NCBI RefSeq assembly: GCF_009914755.1
Contig: NC_060938.1
Source: the human T2T-CHM13v2.0 reference genome, Homo sapiens
Strand: one strand, 5' to 3'
Length of the DNA stretch: 64,000 nt
The position numbers and the translations under genes are program-made. Under the pieces are notes generated by a model. It was not told where the DNA came from. It worked only from the letters and a program-made list of their open reading frames with translations, and did no database searches. The number at the start of each line of letters is the position of its first letter. The stretch's first letter is position 1. Below, one piece after another: positions 26,701 through 38,525 of the stretch.

Positions 26701-29700
26701 TTTTTCTTAGTGTGGCTAAAGGTTTGTCAATTTTGTTGGTTTTTTTTTTCAAAAAACCAACTTTTTGTTGTATTGATCTTTTGTATTGTTTCTTTCCTTT
26801 CAATTTCTGCTCTGATCTTTATTATTTCTTCTACTAATTTTGGGTTTGGTTTGGTTTTCTCTTGCTTTTCTAGTCCTTTAAGATGCATCATTAGATTGTT
26901 CATTTGAAGTTTTTTCTCTTTTGATGTAGGCCATTAACAGCTATAAACTTCCCTGTTAGTACTACTTTTGCTGTATCTGATAGGTTTTGGTATGTTGTAT
27001 TTCCATCATCATTTGTTTCAAGATATTTTTCAGTTTCCTTCTTAAGTTCTTCATTGACCCACTGGTCATTCAGTAGCATATTGTTTAATTTACATGTATT
27101 TGTATAGTTTCCAAAATTTCTCGTTATTAATTTCTACTTTTATTCCATTGTGATCAGATAAGATGTTTGATATTTCAAATTTTTTGAATGTTTTAAGACT
27201 TGTTTAACATTTGTTTTCAAATAGCCTGTCTTCAAGCGCATATGTGACCTAACACATATGACCTTGGACAGACCACATAATGTGGTCTATCCTTGAGAAT
27301 GATCCATGTGCTGAGGAAAAGAATGTGTATTCTGCAGCTGCTGGATGAAATATTTCGTAAATACCTATTAGATTCATTTTTTCCATAGTGCAAATGAAGT
27401 GCAATGTTTCTTTGTTGATCTTCTGTTTGGAAGATCTGTTCAGTGTTGAAAGTGGGGTGTGAAGTCTCCAGTTATTATTGTATTGGGGCTTATCTGTCTA
27501 TCTAAAGGGGCTGAGTTGGCCCCTTTATCGTTATATAGTGACCGTCTTTGTCTTTTCTTACAGTTTTTTTCTCGAAATCAATTTTGTCTGACATAAGTAT
27601 AGCAACTCCTGCTCTTTTTTGGTTTCCATTGGCTGGAATAACTTTTTCTATCCCTTTATTTTCAGTCCATATGTGTCTTTATAGATGAAGCTTGTTTGTT
27701 GTAGGCAACAGATCAATGGGTCAGATCAATGGGTCTTTACATTAAATGTAAATAGACTAAACTCTCATTATTAATAAGGGTTTCTGCCATTTTGTTATTT
27801 ATTTTGTGGTTGTTACATGGTCTTCTCTTCCTTCTTTTCTTCTTGTCTTCCTCTAGCGAAGGTGATTTTCTCTGGTGATATGACTTAGTTTCTTGCTTTT
27901 TGTATATCTGTTGTATGTTTTTTGATTTGAGGATAACATGAGGCTTGCAAATACTATCTTATAACCGGTTATTTTAACCCAATAACAACCACTATTTGCA
28001 TAAACAAACAAAAAGAAAACTAAGAAAAATGCTATGCCTTAACTTTGCCACCCCTCCACCTGCTTTTTAACTTTTTGTTGTTATGTTTATGTCTTATTGT
28101 ACTGACTATGTCTTGAAATGTTGATATAGGTATATTTTTGATTGGTTCGTCTTTCTACTTAGGATAAGAGTAGTTTACACACCATAGTTAGTGTTAATAA
28201 TATTCTGTGTTTTTCTGTGTACTTACTGTTAGTTGTGAATTTTGTACCTTCAGGTGATTATCTATTGCTCATTAATGTCCTTTTCTTTCTGATTGAAGTA
28301 CTCCATTTAGCATTTCTTGTAGGAGGGGTCTGGTATTGATGAAATTTCTCAGCTTTTGTTTGTCTGGGAAAGTCTTTATTTCTTCTTCATCTTTGAAGGA
28401 TTTTTTTTCTAAATATACTATTCTAGGGTAAAGTTTTTTTCCTTCAGCACTTTATGTCATGCTACTCTTCTCTGGCCTCTGAGGTTTCCACTGAAAAGTC
28501 TGCTGCCAGACATATTGGAGTTCCATTGTATGTGATTTGTTTGTTGATTGGTTTTTTTTTTCTTTCTTTTTTTTTATTTCTTGAGACGGAGTCTCGCTCT
28601 GTCTCCCAGGATGGAGTGCAGTGGCACGATCTCAGCGCACTGCAAGCTCCATCTCCTGGGTTCACGCCATTCCCCTGCCTCAGCCTCCTGAGTAGCTAGG
28701 ACTACAGGCGCCTGCCACCACGCCTGACTATTTTTTGTGTGTTTTTTAGTAGAGACAGCATTTCACCATGTTCGCCAGGATGGTCTTGATCTCCTGACCT
28801 CATGATCCGCCCGCCTCAGCCTCCCAAAATGCTGGGATTACAGGTGTGAGCCACCGCGCCTGGCCTAGGATCCTTTCTTTGTTCTTGACCTTTGGGAGTT
28901 TGATTATTAAATACCTTGAGGTATTCTTCTTTGGATTAAATCTGCTTAGTGTTCTATAATCTTCTTGTAGTTGGATATTGCTATCTTTCTTTAGATTTGG
29001 GGAGTACTCTGTTATTATCCCTTTGAATAAACTTTCTATTCCTATCTCTTTCTGTACCTTCTCTTTAAGACCAATAATTCTTAGATTTGCCCCTTTGAGG
29101 CTATTTCCAAGATCTTGTAGGCATGCTTTTTTTGTTTTTTATTCTTCTTTCTTTTGTCTCCTCTGTATATTTTCAAATATCCTGTCTTCAGGCTAACAAA
29201 TTCTTCAGCTTGATCCACACTGCTATTAAAGGACTCTGATGCATTCTTCAGTACACCAATTGCACTTTTTCAGCTCCAGAATTTCTGCTAGATTTTTAAT
29301 TATTTCAGTCTGTTTGTTAAATTTATCTGGTAGAATTCTGAATTCCTTCTCTGTGTTATCTTGAATTTCTTCGAGTTTCCTCATAAACAGCTATTTTGCA
29401 TTCTCTGTGTGAAAGGTCACATATATTTGTTTCTCTATGTTTGGTCCCTGGTGCCTTATTTAGTTCATTTGGTGAGGTCATGTTTTCCTGGATCGTGTTG
29501 ATGCTAGTAGATGTTCTTCAGTGTCTGGGCATTCAAAAATTAGGTACTTACTGTAGTCTTCACTTTCTGGGCTTATTTGTAGTCCTCCTTTTTGGGATGG
29601 CTTGCTGGATATTTGAAAGGACTTAGGTGTTGTGATCTAAGCTATATCGGCTTTAGGGGGCACTTCAGGCCCAGTAACACTGTGGTTCTTGGAGACTCAG

Positions 29701-31559
29701 AGAGAAACTGCCTTGATGGTGTTGCACAAAATCCAGGAGAATTCTCTGGATTGCCAGGCAGAGACTCTTTTTCTCTTCTCTTACTTTCTCCCAGCCATAC
29801 AGAGTCTCTTTCTCTTCTGAGCCACCTAACGCTGGGGGTGGAGTGACACAAGCACCCCTGTGGCCAGCACCACTGTGACTGCACTGGATCAGACCTGGAG
29901 CCAGCACAGCATTGGGTCTTGCCCAAGGCCTGCTGTAACTATTCCCTGGCTACTGCCTATGTTCACTCAAGGCTCTGGGGCTCTGTAATCAGCAGGTGGC
30001 AAAACCAGCCAGGCTGTGTCCTTCCCTTCTGAGCAGCGTGCCCCCCCCAGACCCTGGGTGGGTCCAAAAGTGCTGCCCTGATGTCAGGGACTAGAGTCAA
30101 AAACCTTAGAAGTCTACCTGGTGTTCTATTTTATTGTGGCTGAGTTGGCCCTCAAACTAGAAGGTGCAGTTCTTCCTGTTCTTGCCTTCCATTTCCAAAG
30201 GCAGAGAAGCCTTACCCCTTAGCCACTGCCACCCTAGGCCATGAGGAGTACTGCCAGACTACTGCCAATGTTCCCTTACGGCCTAGAGTCTCTTAAGTCA
30301 GCTTGTTGTGAATGCTGCCTGGCCTGGGACTCACCCTCAGGGCAGTGGGGTCCCCTTTGGTCCAGGGAAGGACCAGAAATGCCATCCAAGAGTCAAGTCC
30401 TAGAATCAGGGACCCCAAGATTCTGCTTGGTGCTCTACCCCCCTGTGGCCGTGCTGGTACGTAAGGTGCAAGACAAAGTGCCCTTTGCTTTTCCCTCTGC
30501 CTTTGTCAAGCAGAAGGAGTTTTGCCCCATAGCTACCACAGCTGGGAATGTGCTGAGTCTCAACAGAAGCCAGCAAGTCTCACCAGAAGCCACCAAGGCC
30601 CTTGATGTAGTACCTGGGTATCACTGCTGGTTATTCAGGGTTCAAGGGCTCTTCAGTTAACAGGTGATGAATTCTGGCAGGACTGGGTCCTTCCCTTCAA
30701 GGCAGTGGGTTCCCTTCTTGCCCAGGTTGTATCTAGAAATGTCATCTGGGAGTTAGGGCCTGGAATGGGGACCTCATGACTCTGACTGGTGCCCTATCCT
30801 GCTGCGGCTCAGCTGTTATCCAAGATGCAAGACAAAGTCCTCCCCACTCTACCCTCTCCTCTCTTCAGTTGGACAGAAGGAAAGGGTCTCTTTTGGAGCC
30901 ACAAGCTGTGCAGCCTGAGGTTAGGGGAGGGGTGATGCCAACACTCCCTGGGCTGTTCCAGCTGGTGTCTAAGTATGTCATGTGTCCCTCCTCTCCCTGC
31001 CGCCAAGCCCACGGTCTCTGGGCCTAGCTCATCACTAGGACTCACCTAAGAGATGCAGTCCTTCTGACCTCGACTGCCCTCCAAGTTTACATGGAGACAC
31101 AGAGCACTGTATCCCTTGGTGGTGAGGTTTGCGGGGACTCAAGTTCAGACCACTGGATAGGCGATTGGCCAGGGCTGGTTTAAATGCTCCCTCCGTGGTT
31201 GGGCGTCAGCTGAGTTGGTCTGGTGTTCCTTTTGCTCTAACAGAACAGCACTTAGTTCAATGCCTCACCATTACTGTGCTCTCCCTCCTCAGCTCCCAGA
31301 GAAGCTCTTAGCACTAGGCTTGCTGCTGCTGCGTGGGGTGTGGAAGGGATGGTGTCGGTGATTCAGGACTGTTTCTTCTGTCTCTTCTAGAGCCTCTTTC
31401 AGTGATAATGAAGTTAAAACCAGGTATTATCAGTGCTTACTTGATTTTTGGTTCTCATGAAGGTGTTTTTTCTGTGTAGATAGTTGTTAACTTGGTGTCC
31501 TTGTGAGGTGGGACAATGGGTGGAGCCTTTAATTCTGCCATATTGCTCTGCCTCCTCCT
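23743..31559 (-). mobile_element. Full-length, decayed L1MA2/L1MA3-type LINE-1 (3'UTR, ORF2, ORF1, long 5'UTR)
   Basis: L1MA 3' end (gtaggtgtatatatttaggggtacatgagatg). ORF2 remnants are [53 protein letters not shown] and MFAAALFTRAKIWKQP; the ORF1 remnant is [17 protein letters not shown]. The 5' end reads ggaggaggcagagcaatatggc on the minus strand. A 16-bp TSD atatgca(a/g)catttctt lies at 23727-23742 and 31560-31575, at a TT/AAGA endonuclease site. Confidence 0.93.
28552..28865 (-). mobile_element. AluY inserted in L1 ORF1
   Basis: AluY diagnostics gcaagctcc, ttcacgccattc and ccaggatggtcttgatctcctgacctcatgatccgcccgcc. Confidence 0.93.
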
Positions 31560-32269
31560 ATATGCAGCATTTCTTAAGCAAAGAGAAATAAACGTTGTTG
31601 CGTTTCTGGGCTTTATAGTCCATTGGGTCAGGGGAAGTCCATGCATATATGATAGGTTAAATAATAAGAGGGTTGGGACTATAATTTCATAAAACCAATG
31701 TTAGGCGCTTATTGGCATATGGGCATTTCCTTAAACGCGGTTGGAATAGTGCATTTATACAGTGAGTTAGGGTGAGCTACCTCAAGACTGGTGCCAGATT
31801 GCAGGGTTTTCTCAGAGACTGTGTGCCCTGCCTTTGAGTCTGTCTGTCTCTAGTGTCACGTCCTGTTCATCTGCAGTGTACAGTCTACTTTGATCATAGT
31901 AGTTGCTTGTGATTTGTTGGTGCAAGTGACAGAGCAGTTGCTTTGGAAGGAAGGCGGAGTCTTCAGCCTGTAATGAAGAGCTGACCACCTCTGGAATGTG
32001 ATCCTGTGATGCTGATGCAACCTCCACTTCTGGAGCCCACATCGCTTCCATTCCATGTGGATGTCGCTGTAAGAGTTCAGGCTAGTTAAGATAAACCGTG
32101 ACGTCTCCAAAATGTGACTGGGAGCACCTAGCATCCCCCTTCTTGCTCTGGTTTCCCTTAGAAAATTCTTATTGACAAATACATTTTTAGGTGGCAGACA
32201 TCTTTTTAAGACTCCATCTTTGCACTGTATGCCAAAAAATGTCTTGAATTTAAAAACTGTCAGTGTTGT

Positions 32270-32460
32270 CTACTGGAAAGAGTATGAAATTTGGAGTCAG
32301 ACAGAACTGATGTAGCTTTAGGTTCTGCCTGACATTTCCTAACTGTGTAAGTTCGTGTGTGATCAGCCATTCTGAGCCTTTTATCTGTCCACTAGGAGTA
32401 ATAATGTCTCCTTCACAGGGTTTCTTGGCACATAGTAAGTGTACAGCAAATGTTATTAAT
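32270..32460 (+). mobile_element. MIR SINE
   Basis: Contains tggaaagagtatgaaatttggagtcagacaga..ctgagcc..ttggcacatagtaagtg. Confidence 0.65.
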
Positions 32461-32909
32461 TCCCATTAATATGTGAATTAATATATGAACTCTAAACTAT
32501 AAAACAGAAAAACCCTTTATTACTTGGTTAAGTTTCTTACACAGCATTTTCATTATTCTTTGCAGCTCCCAAATACCCTTACTGTAAAGACCAACTGTTT
32601 GCTCTGCATATATGAAGAGTTAAATTTTCATCACACATTTATTAAATAACTGTTTTTAAGTCTCCAGAATAAAAAAGAAAGTTAAGCCTGAAAGGCTCTT
32701 ATGGGCTCGAATTGAAACACCCCTGTTGCAGCAGCTGAAACAGGTGTGGCAGCAGCACTCGGACATTTTATTTCTACAAACTTACTGGCTGAAAAGCGTG
32801 CCAGCCCAGGGAACGTTCTGACCTTCTTTCATGGGACAGTAACTTTTTGCCTTTGTAAGCAGAATTTTGTCTTTATGACTGGGCTCTATTCTACTATACA
32901 AAAGATGGT

Positions 32910-33286
32910 TGCTATGGTTTGAATGTGCCCCTCAAAGTTCATGTGTTGGAAACTTAATCCCCAATGCAACAGTGTTGAGAGGCGGGACCTATAAGAGGTG
33001 ATTAGGTCATGACGGCTCCACCCTTGTAAATGATTAATGGTGTTATATCAGGAATGGGTTCCTGATAAAAGGATGAGTTCAATTTCTTGCTCTCTCTGGT
33101 ACACATGCTCTCTTACCCTTCCACCATGGGATGAAACATCTAGGGAGGCCAAGCAGGCCTCTCCAGATGCAGGCTCTCTGACCTTGGACGTCCCAGTCTT
33201 TAGAACTGTAAGAAAGAAATCTCTGTTCTTTATAAATTACTGAGTCTCAGGTATTCTGTTATAGCAGCACAAAACATACTAAGATA
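32910..33286 (+). mobile_element. MSTC/MSTD-type MaLR solo LTR (sense)
   Basis: Runs tgctatggtttgaatgtgcccctcaaagttcatgtgttggaaacttaatcccc..gttatagcagcacaaaacatactaagata. Perfect TSD atggt. Confidence 0.88.
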
Positions 33287-33509
33287 ATGGTCCTCTCATC
33301 AGCCAGCCAGCTTGTAGGTTTTCATTGCCTACCGTGTGTCCCTGTTACACTGTGCCAGGTGCCAGAGATACAGAAGGCCTCACTTTTTTAGAACTCACAT
33401 TCCCTAGGAGGCAGATGGGCCAGATGGGGGGTGTGAATAGGCAGGGGAAGATTTGGTGATAGTTTTCAGGAGGAGGTGACAGTGTTCCACTTAAAATAGA
33501 TTGGGGACC

Positions 33510-33813
33510 AGCTGGGCACAGTGGCTCATGCCTGTAATCCCAGCACTTTGGGAGGCTGAGGTGGGCGGATCACTTGAGGTCAGGAGTTCGAAACCAGCCT
33601 GGCCAATATGGCGAAACCCTGTCTCTGCTAAAAATACCCAAAATAGCTGGGCATGGTGGTGTGCACCTGTCGTCCCTGTTACTCGGGAGGCTGAGGCATG
33701 AGGATCACTTGAACTCGAGAGGCGGAGGTTGTCGTGAGCCAGGATCATGCCACTGCACTCCAGCCTGGGTGACAGAGGAGACTCCATCTCAAAAAAAAAG
33801 AAAAAGAAAAAAA
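33510..33813 (+). mobile_element. AluSx/Sz-type SINE
   Basis: Full dimer with A-tail. Flanks share aaaa(t/a)agattgg. Confidence 0.93.
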
Positions 33814-33857
33814 GATTGGCAGGGAGAGGATGACTGTGGGAAGGGTTTGGGGCTTCC

Positions 33858-34286
33858 TGTTCCAGGAATCTATTACTGTGTAACCACCTACCCCAAACTT
33901 AGTGGCTTAAAACATGTTACTTAATGCACAATTCTGTGGGTCAGGAGTTTGGGCAGTTCTGCCCCATATGGTATCAGCTGAGGTTACCTGGTGGTCATCA
34001 GCTGGTCTGGAGTGTCCATGATGGCTTCACTCATGTCTGCTGCCTTAGCGGGGTGGCTGGAAGGGTGGGCTCTGCTGGGACCGCTGAGCAGAGTGCCTAC
34101 ATGTGGCCTGCCCAGCATGGTGGTCCCAGGGTAGTCGGCTTTTCACACTGGCCTTTGGAAGTCTCAGAACATCACTTCCTTTGCATGTTGTTAGTAAGCA
34201 AACCACTAGAGCCAGCCCAGATTTAGGGAGAGGGGAGTTAGACTCCACCTCTTAGTGGGAGAAGAAGCCCTCTTTAATCTGCCACA
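33858..34286 (-). mobile_element. MLT1G/H-like LTR
   Basis: Contains taccccaaacttagtggcttaaaaca..ttctgtgggtcaggagtttgggcag..gatggcttcactcatgtctg..tagactccacctctt..tttaatctgccaca. Confidence 0.78.
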
Positions 34287-35050
34287 CTGGGTTCCTTGAT
34301 AGGAGAGCGGCTGGGAGACTCTTAAGGAGGGGAGGTTGGTTGGTGTGCCGGCTGTATGATGAATGATCAAATGTACTTTTGGATCTGGGGGCAAAGATTG
34401 AATGATAGTGGACTGAAAAGCCAGCAAGTATTGGAAGCAGAATAATGGGTGTGGGTACTTTTCAAGATTCTTGGCTTTGTGAGGAGACAATGGAAATCAG
34501 AGTGGAGGCTCATAGTGAAGCTTAGGGTTGGAGGCATTTGCTTGTTTTTGCTTTGTTTTGAAGATGGGTGAGATCACCAATGACTCATTCTTTTCCAAAT
34601 CGTGGTTGTGCATTTTCTTTCTCTTAACTGACCTCTTAACTGATTAGACACTGTTGAAATTCTTTGGTCTTTGGCGATATAACTTTTTCCTGGTCCTGGT
34701 CCTTATGCTTGTGACAAAGAAAGGGCTGTTTCCTTAAATAGTTGAATTTCCCAGGCTCTGTCCCAGCTTTCCTTGCTTCCTTATTCTGCACCTTTTTCTT
34801 GAGTAGCCTATATTATTCTCATGACTTTAACTGCCCCTGCATGGTGAAGGCCCCAGGGTTATAATTTCTCTGGAGCTCCAGACCTAACTTCAGTTGCCTC
34901 CTCCATGCCTCCCCCCGGATGTCCCTGTAATTCCTGTTCCTAACAATGCTGTCACTCTGGCCAGGCCAGAAGGCTGTATGTTGTTCCCTTTATCCCTCAC
35001 CCTGTGCATCCAAACGGGTTACCAGTTACTGTGAATTTTGTCTTTAAAAC

Positions 35051-35221
35051 CAGGGTTCTTACCTGTGGCTGCATCACTTGGGGAGCTTTGCAAAAATGCA
35101 GACCTGGAGCCTCATCTCAGGCTTATTGAACCAGACTCTCTTGGGTTTTAGGCATTCATATTTTTGTAAGGTTTTTTTTTTTCCAGGTGATTCTGATGTT
35201 CACTTTGTATTGAAAACAACT
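35051..35221. mobile_element. MER5-type hAT MITE
   Basis: Contains cagggttctt..ggctgcatcacttggggagcttt..aaaaatgcaga..ccaggtgattctgatg..ttgaaaacaact. Confidence 0.72.
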
Positions 35222-35279
35222 CTAAAATTTTTCTCTAATCCTCCAGTTCATCTCCACCATCGCTGCTTTGGTTCAGGCT

Positions 35280-36020
35280 TTTATAGTTTCCTGTGGCTGC
35301 CATAACACATTACCACAAACTTGGTAACAACAACAGATGTTCATTCTCTTACAGTTCTAGAGGCCACAAGTCTGAAATCAAGGTGTCGGCAGGGCCCTGC
35401 TGCCCCTGAAGGCTCTTAAGGGGAGAATCTTTCCTTGCCTCTTCCAGCTTCTGGGGCTCCAAATGTTCCTTGGCTTGTGGTTGCATCACCCCAGTCTCTG
35501 CCTCCATCACATGGTCGTCTCCTCTCTATCCCTGTGTACCTCCTACAAAATCACTTGCCATTGGATTTAGGACCTATCGACCTAACAGTAATCGAGGATG
35601 ATCTCATCTTGAGATCCTGGGCTTAATTACATCTGCAAACACCGCTTTTCCAAAAGGTCACATTCACAAGTGACATGGATGTATCTTTTTCTTTTGAGAC
35701 TGAGTCTTGCTCTGTCGCCCAGGCTGGAGTACAGTGGTACGATCTCGGCCCACTGAAACCTCTGCTTCCTGGGTTCAAGTGATTCTCCTGCCTCAGCCTC
35801 TCAAGTAGCTGGGATTACAGGCATGTGCTATCATGCCCAGCTAATTTTTTGTATTTTAAGTAGAGACAGGGTTTCACCACGTTGGCCAGGCTGGTTTCGA
35901 ACTCCTGACCTCAAGTGATCCACCCGCCTCGGCCTCCCAAAGTGCCGGGATTACAGGCATGAGCCATCATGCCCAGCCTTGGATTTATCTTTTTAAGGCC
36001 ACCATTCAATCCACTGTACA
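35280..36020 (-). mobile_element. MLT1C-like LTR, interrupted by AluSx
   Basis: Contains ggctgccataac..attaccacaaacttgg..cagttctagaggcc..aagtctgaaatcaaggtgtcggcaggg..ttaattacatctgcaaa..gccaccattcaatccact. Confidence 0.85.
35686..35978 (-). mobile_element. AluSx/Sz-type SINE
   Basis: Full dimer. TSD tggat(g/t)tatcttttt. Confidence 0.94.
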
Positions 36021-36229
36021 TAGATCCCCATGGCTATGGTGCTGCTGCTGTCTGATCATCTTGCCTCTAATCTGGTCTGGTCTTGCCTCTAATTTCTTCC
36101 AGTTCCTCCTGCACTGTGCCACCCTATGTGATTACTTTATATTTCCAGTCATGTTAGCCATTTGCTTAAATCTTACCAGACTTTTCATTCCCCTTAGGGT
36201 AAAAAGCCATAACCCTTAGGGAGTACCAG

Positions 36230-36608
36230 TGATAGGGTTTAGCTCTGTGTCCCCACCTAAATCTCATCTTGAATTGTGATTCCTGTGTGTCAGAGGAGGG
36301 GCCTGGCAGGAGGCGATTGGATGGCGGGGTGGGGGTTGGATTTCCCCCTTGCTGTTCTCGTGATAGTGAATGAGTTCTCACAAGATCTGATGGTTTAAAA
36401 GTGTGTGTCACTTTCCCCTTCTCGAGCTTTCTCTCTCCTGTTGCCGTGAGAAGAAGGTGATTGTTTCCCCTTTGGCTTCTGTCATGATTGTAAGTTTCTT
36501 GAGGCTTCCCAGTCGAGCTTCTTGTTAAGCCTGTGGAACTTTTGAGTCAGTTAAACCTCTTTTCTTCACAGGTAGTTCTTTACAGCAGTGTGAGAATGGA
36601 CTAATACA
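36230..36608 (+). mobile_element. MSTA-type MaLR solo LTR (sense)
   Basis: Runs tgatagggtttagctctgtgtccccacctaaatctcatcttgaattg...gaatggactaataca. Perfect TSD accag. Confidence 0.9.
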
Positions 36609-36754
36609 ACCAGGACGTTACAGTCGGGCTCCTGCCTACCTTTTACCTTCCTTTCCCACTACTCTCTCCACTTGAACTTCATACTCTCCACAGTGCTGAA
36701 CTGTGTAGTCCTCCTTGCCTTGCACATTATATCACCCCTTCATTCTCCATTTAG

Positions 36755-37071
<317 letters not shown>

Positions 37072-38079
37072 AAGATTTCGACAGTTCAAGCAGTGCTTCC
37101 ACCATGAAGCCTTCTCTAATGCGTCCTGCCATGTGCCTTGTGCTATAAGTGCATCTTGTTACATGTGTATTTATCATATTTGTTATTGTGCCTTTCTCTC
37201 CTTCTGAGCAGAGAGCTCTGTGAAGGCAGGGAAGCTGATATACACCATTGTAGCTCTAGTACTTGGCATTATGAATATTGAATGAATGACCATGTAGCTT
37301 AACCTAATTAGAAACTTGTCTCATGGTGACACTGGTTTTTCCAGTGCTACTTTAATTATTTCCAATAGGATTTTTCATCTAGATGTATTAAGTAAGTAGG
37401 CAGTCTGTAAGTAGGCTGGCTTATTATTTGCTTAACCTGCAATATCTGTGCCTCTATGCTTAGGCAATTTAAATTAAAATGTTTCTGCATGTGTTAAGGT
37501 TGACACTTCTGGTTTTTTTCCCTCCCTTTATATTAGATATGACTTTTGGGTTGTAACTCGTGGAAATCAAATTGAGTTAGCTGAAGCTGAAGGAATTTTG
37601 TCAAGAATGGCTGGAGTACATCTGGGCCAGTAGAAACCCTTAAGGATCCTCTTTCCATTGCTTTTTGTGCTTGTCTCTGTTCTGCTTCCTTCTTCACTTT
37701 GTCTGCTTTTTCAGCCATATAACACTTTATGACATCCCCACAGCTCCTGTGTTTACATTTTACAGCTCTAGCCAGCAACTGAGAATGGATGACTATCTCT
37801 CTGTCCCAATTTTGTATTTTCCAAAACTAGAATGTTATTGGCCAGGTTGAGTCAGATGTCAGCCTCTGGCCAGTCAGCCCCAGAGTGGTGGGGAAGATGT
37901 TGGCATGGCCATTTCATTCAAACGTGGTGCTGGGGTTCAACTTTTGGAGTTAAGGAATAGATGCCAGAGAAGGAGGTATAGTTGTGATCAGATAGCCAAA
38001 CAAGCGTCTGCTGCACTCTTACGAGGCTGAGGCCTATTGACCTGGAGTCTATAGTTGAGGCAAGAAAGATGCAGCACAG

Positions 38080-38525
38080 AGTTGTGCCAAACCCCTCTCA
38101 ACTCCAGTGGGGATGGCACCAGATTCAAGAGGCTGAAGAAGAGACTCAGAGCCAGCAGATGAGACATGGAGTTTTGTTGGTGGCTTACATACAGGGGAGA
38201 AAGCCAGTGGCGGTGGGTTGAGCGGGAGAACCACAACTGCATATAAAAGGCATGCAGTTAACATAGCATTTTCATTTAACATGCTCCCCCTAACTGCCAC
38301 CTGCGAACCTTCACTTGACCAAAGCAAAGGGCCGTGATATCCTGGAGAGCCTGCGTTCCATGGGACTGGATGGGCACTCAGATGTTCCTCATAGATAAGG
38401 AATGACTCTCTGGTTTGGCCACTCTTGGATACCGTAGCTTGGAACTCTGAACACACATTCAAGTGCATCTACCATACAGGGTCATTCTCAATCACATTAT
38501 TGCTGTCAAGTGCACCTGCCATACA
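38080..38525 (-). mobile_element. LTR47-type (ERVL) solo LTR
   Basis: The minus strand begins tgtatggcaggtgcacttgacagcaataa..gagaatgaccctgtatgg..ttccttatctatgaggaacatctgag. Perfect TSD cacag. Confidence 0.82.

Noticed and set aside
32454-32483. 13-bp AT-rich inverted repeat
   Set aside because: Short, low-complexity and at a MIR tail; expected by chance or slippage.
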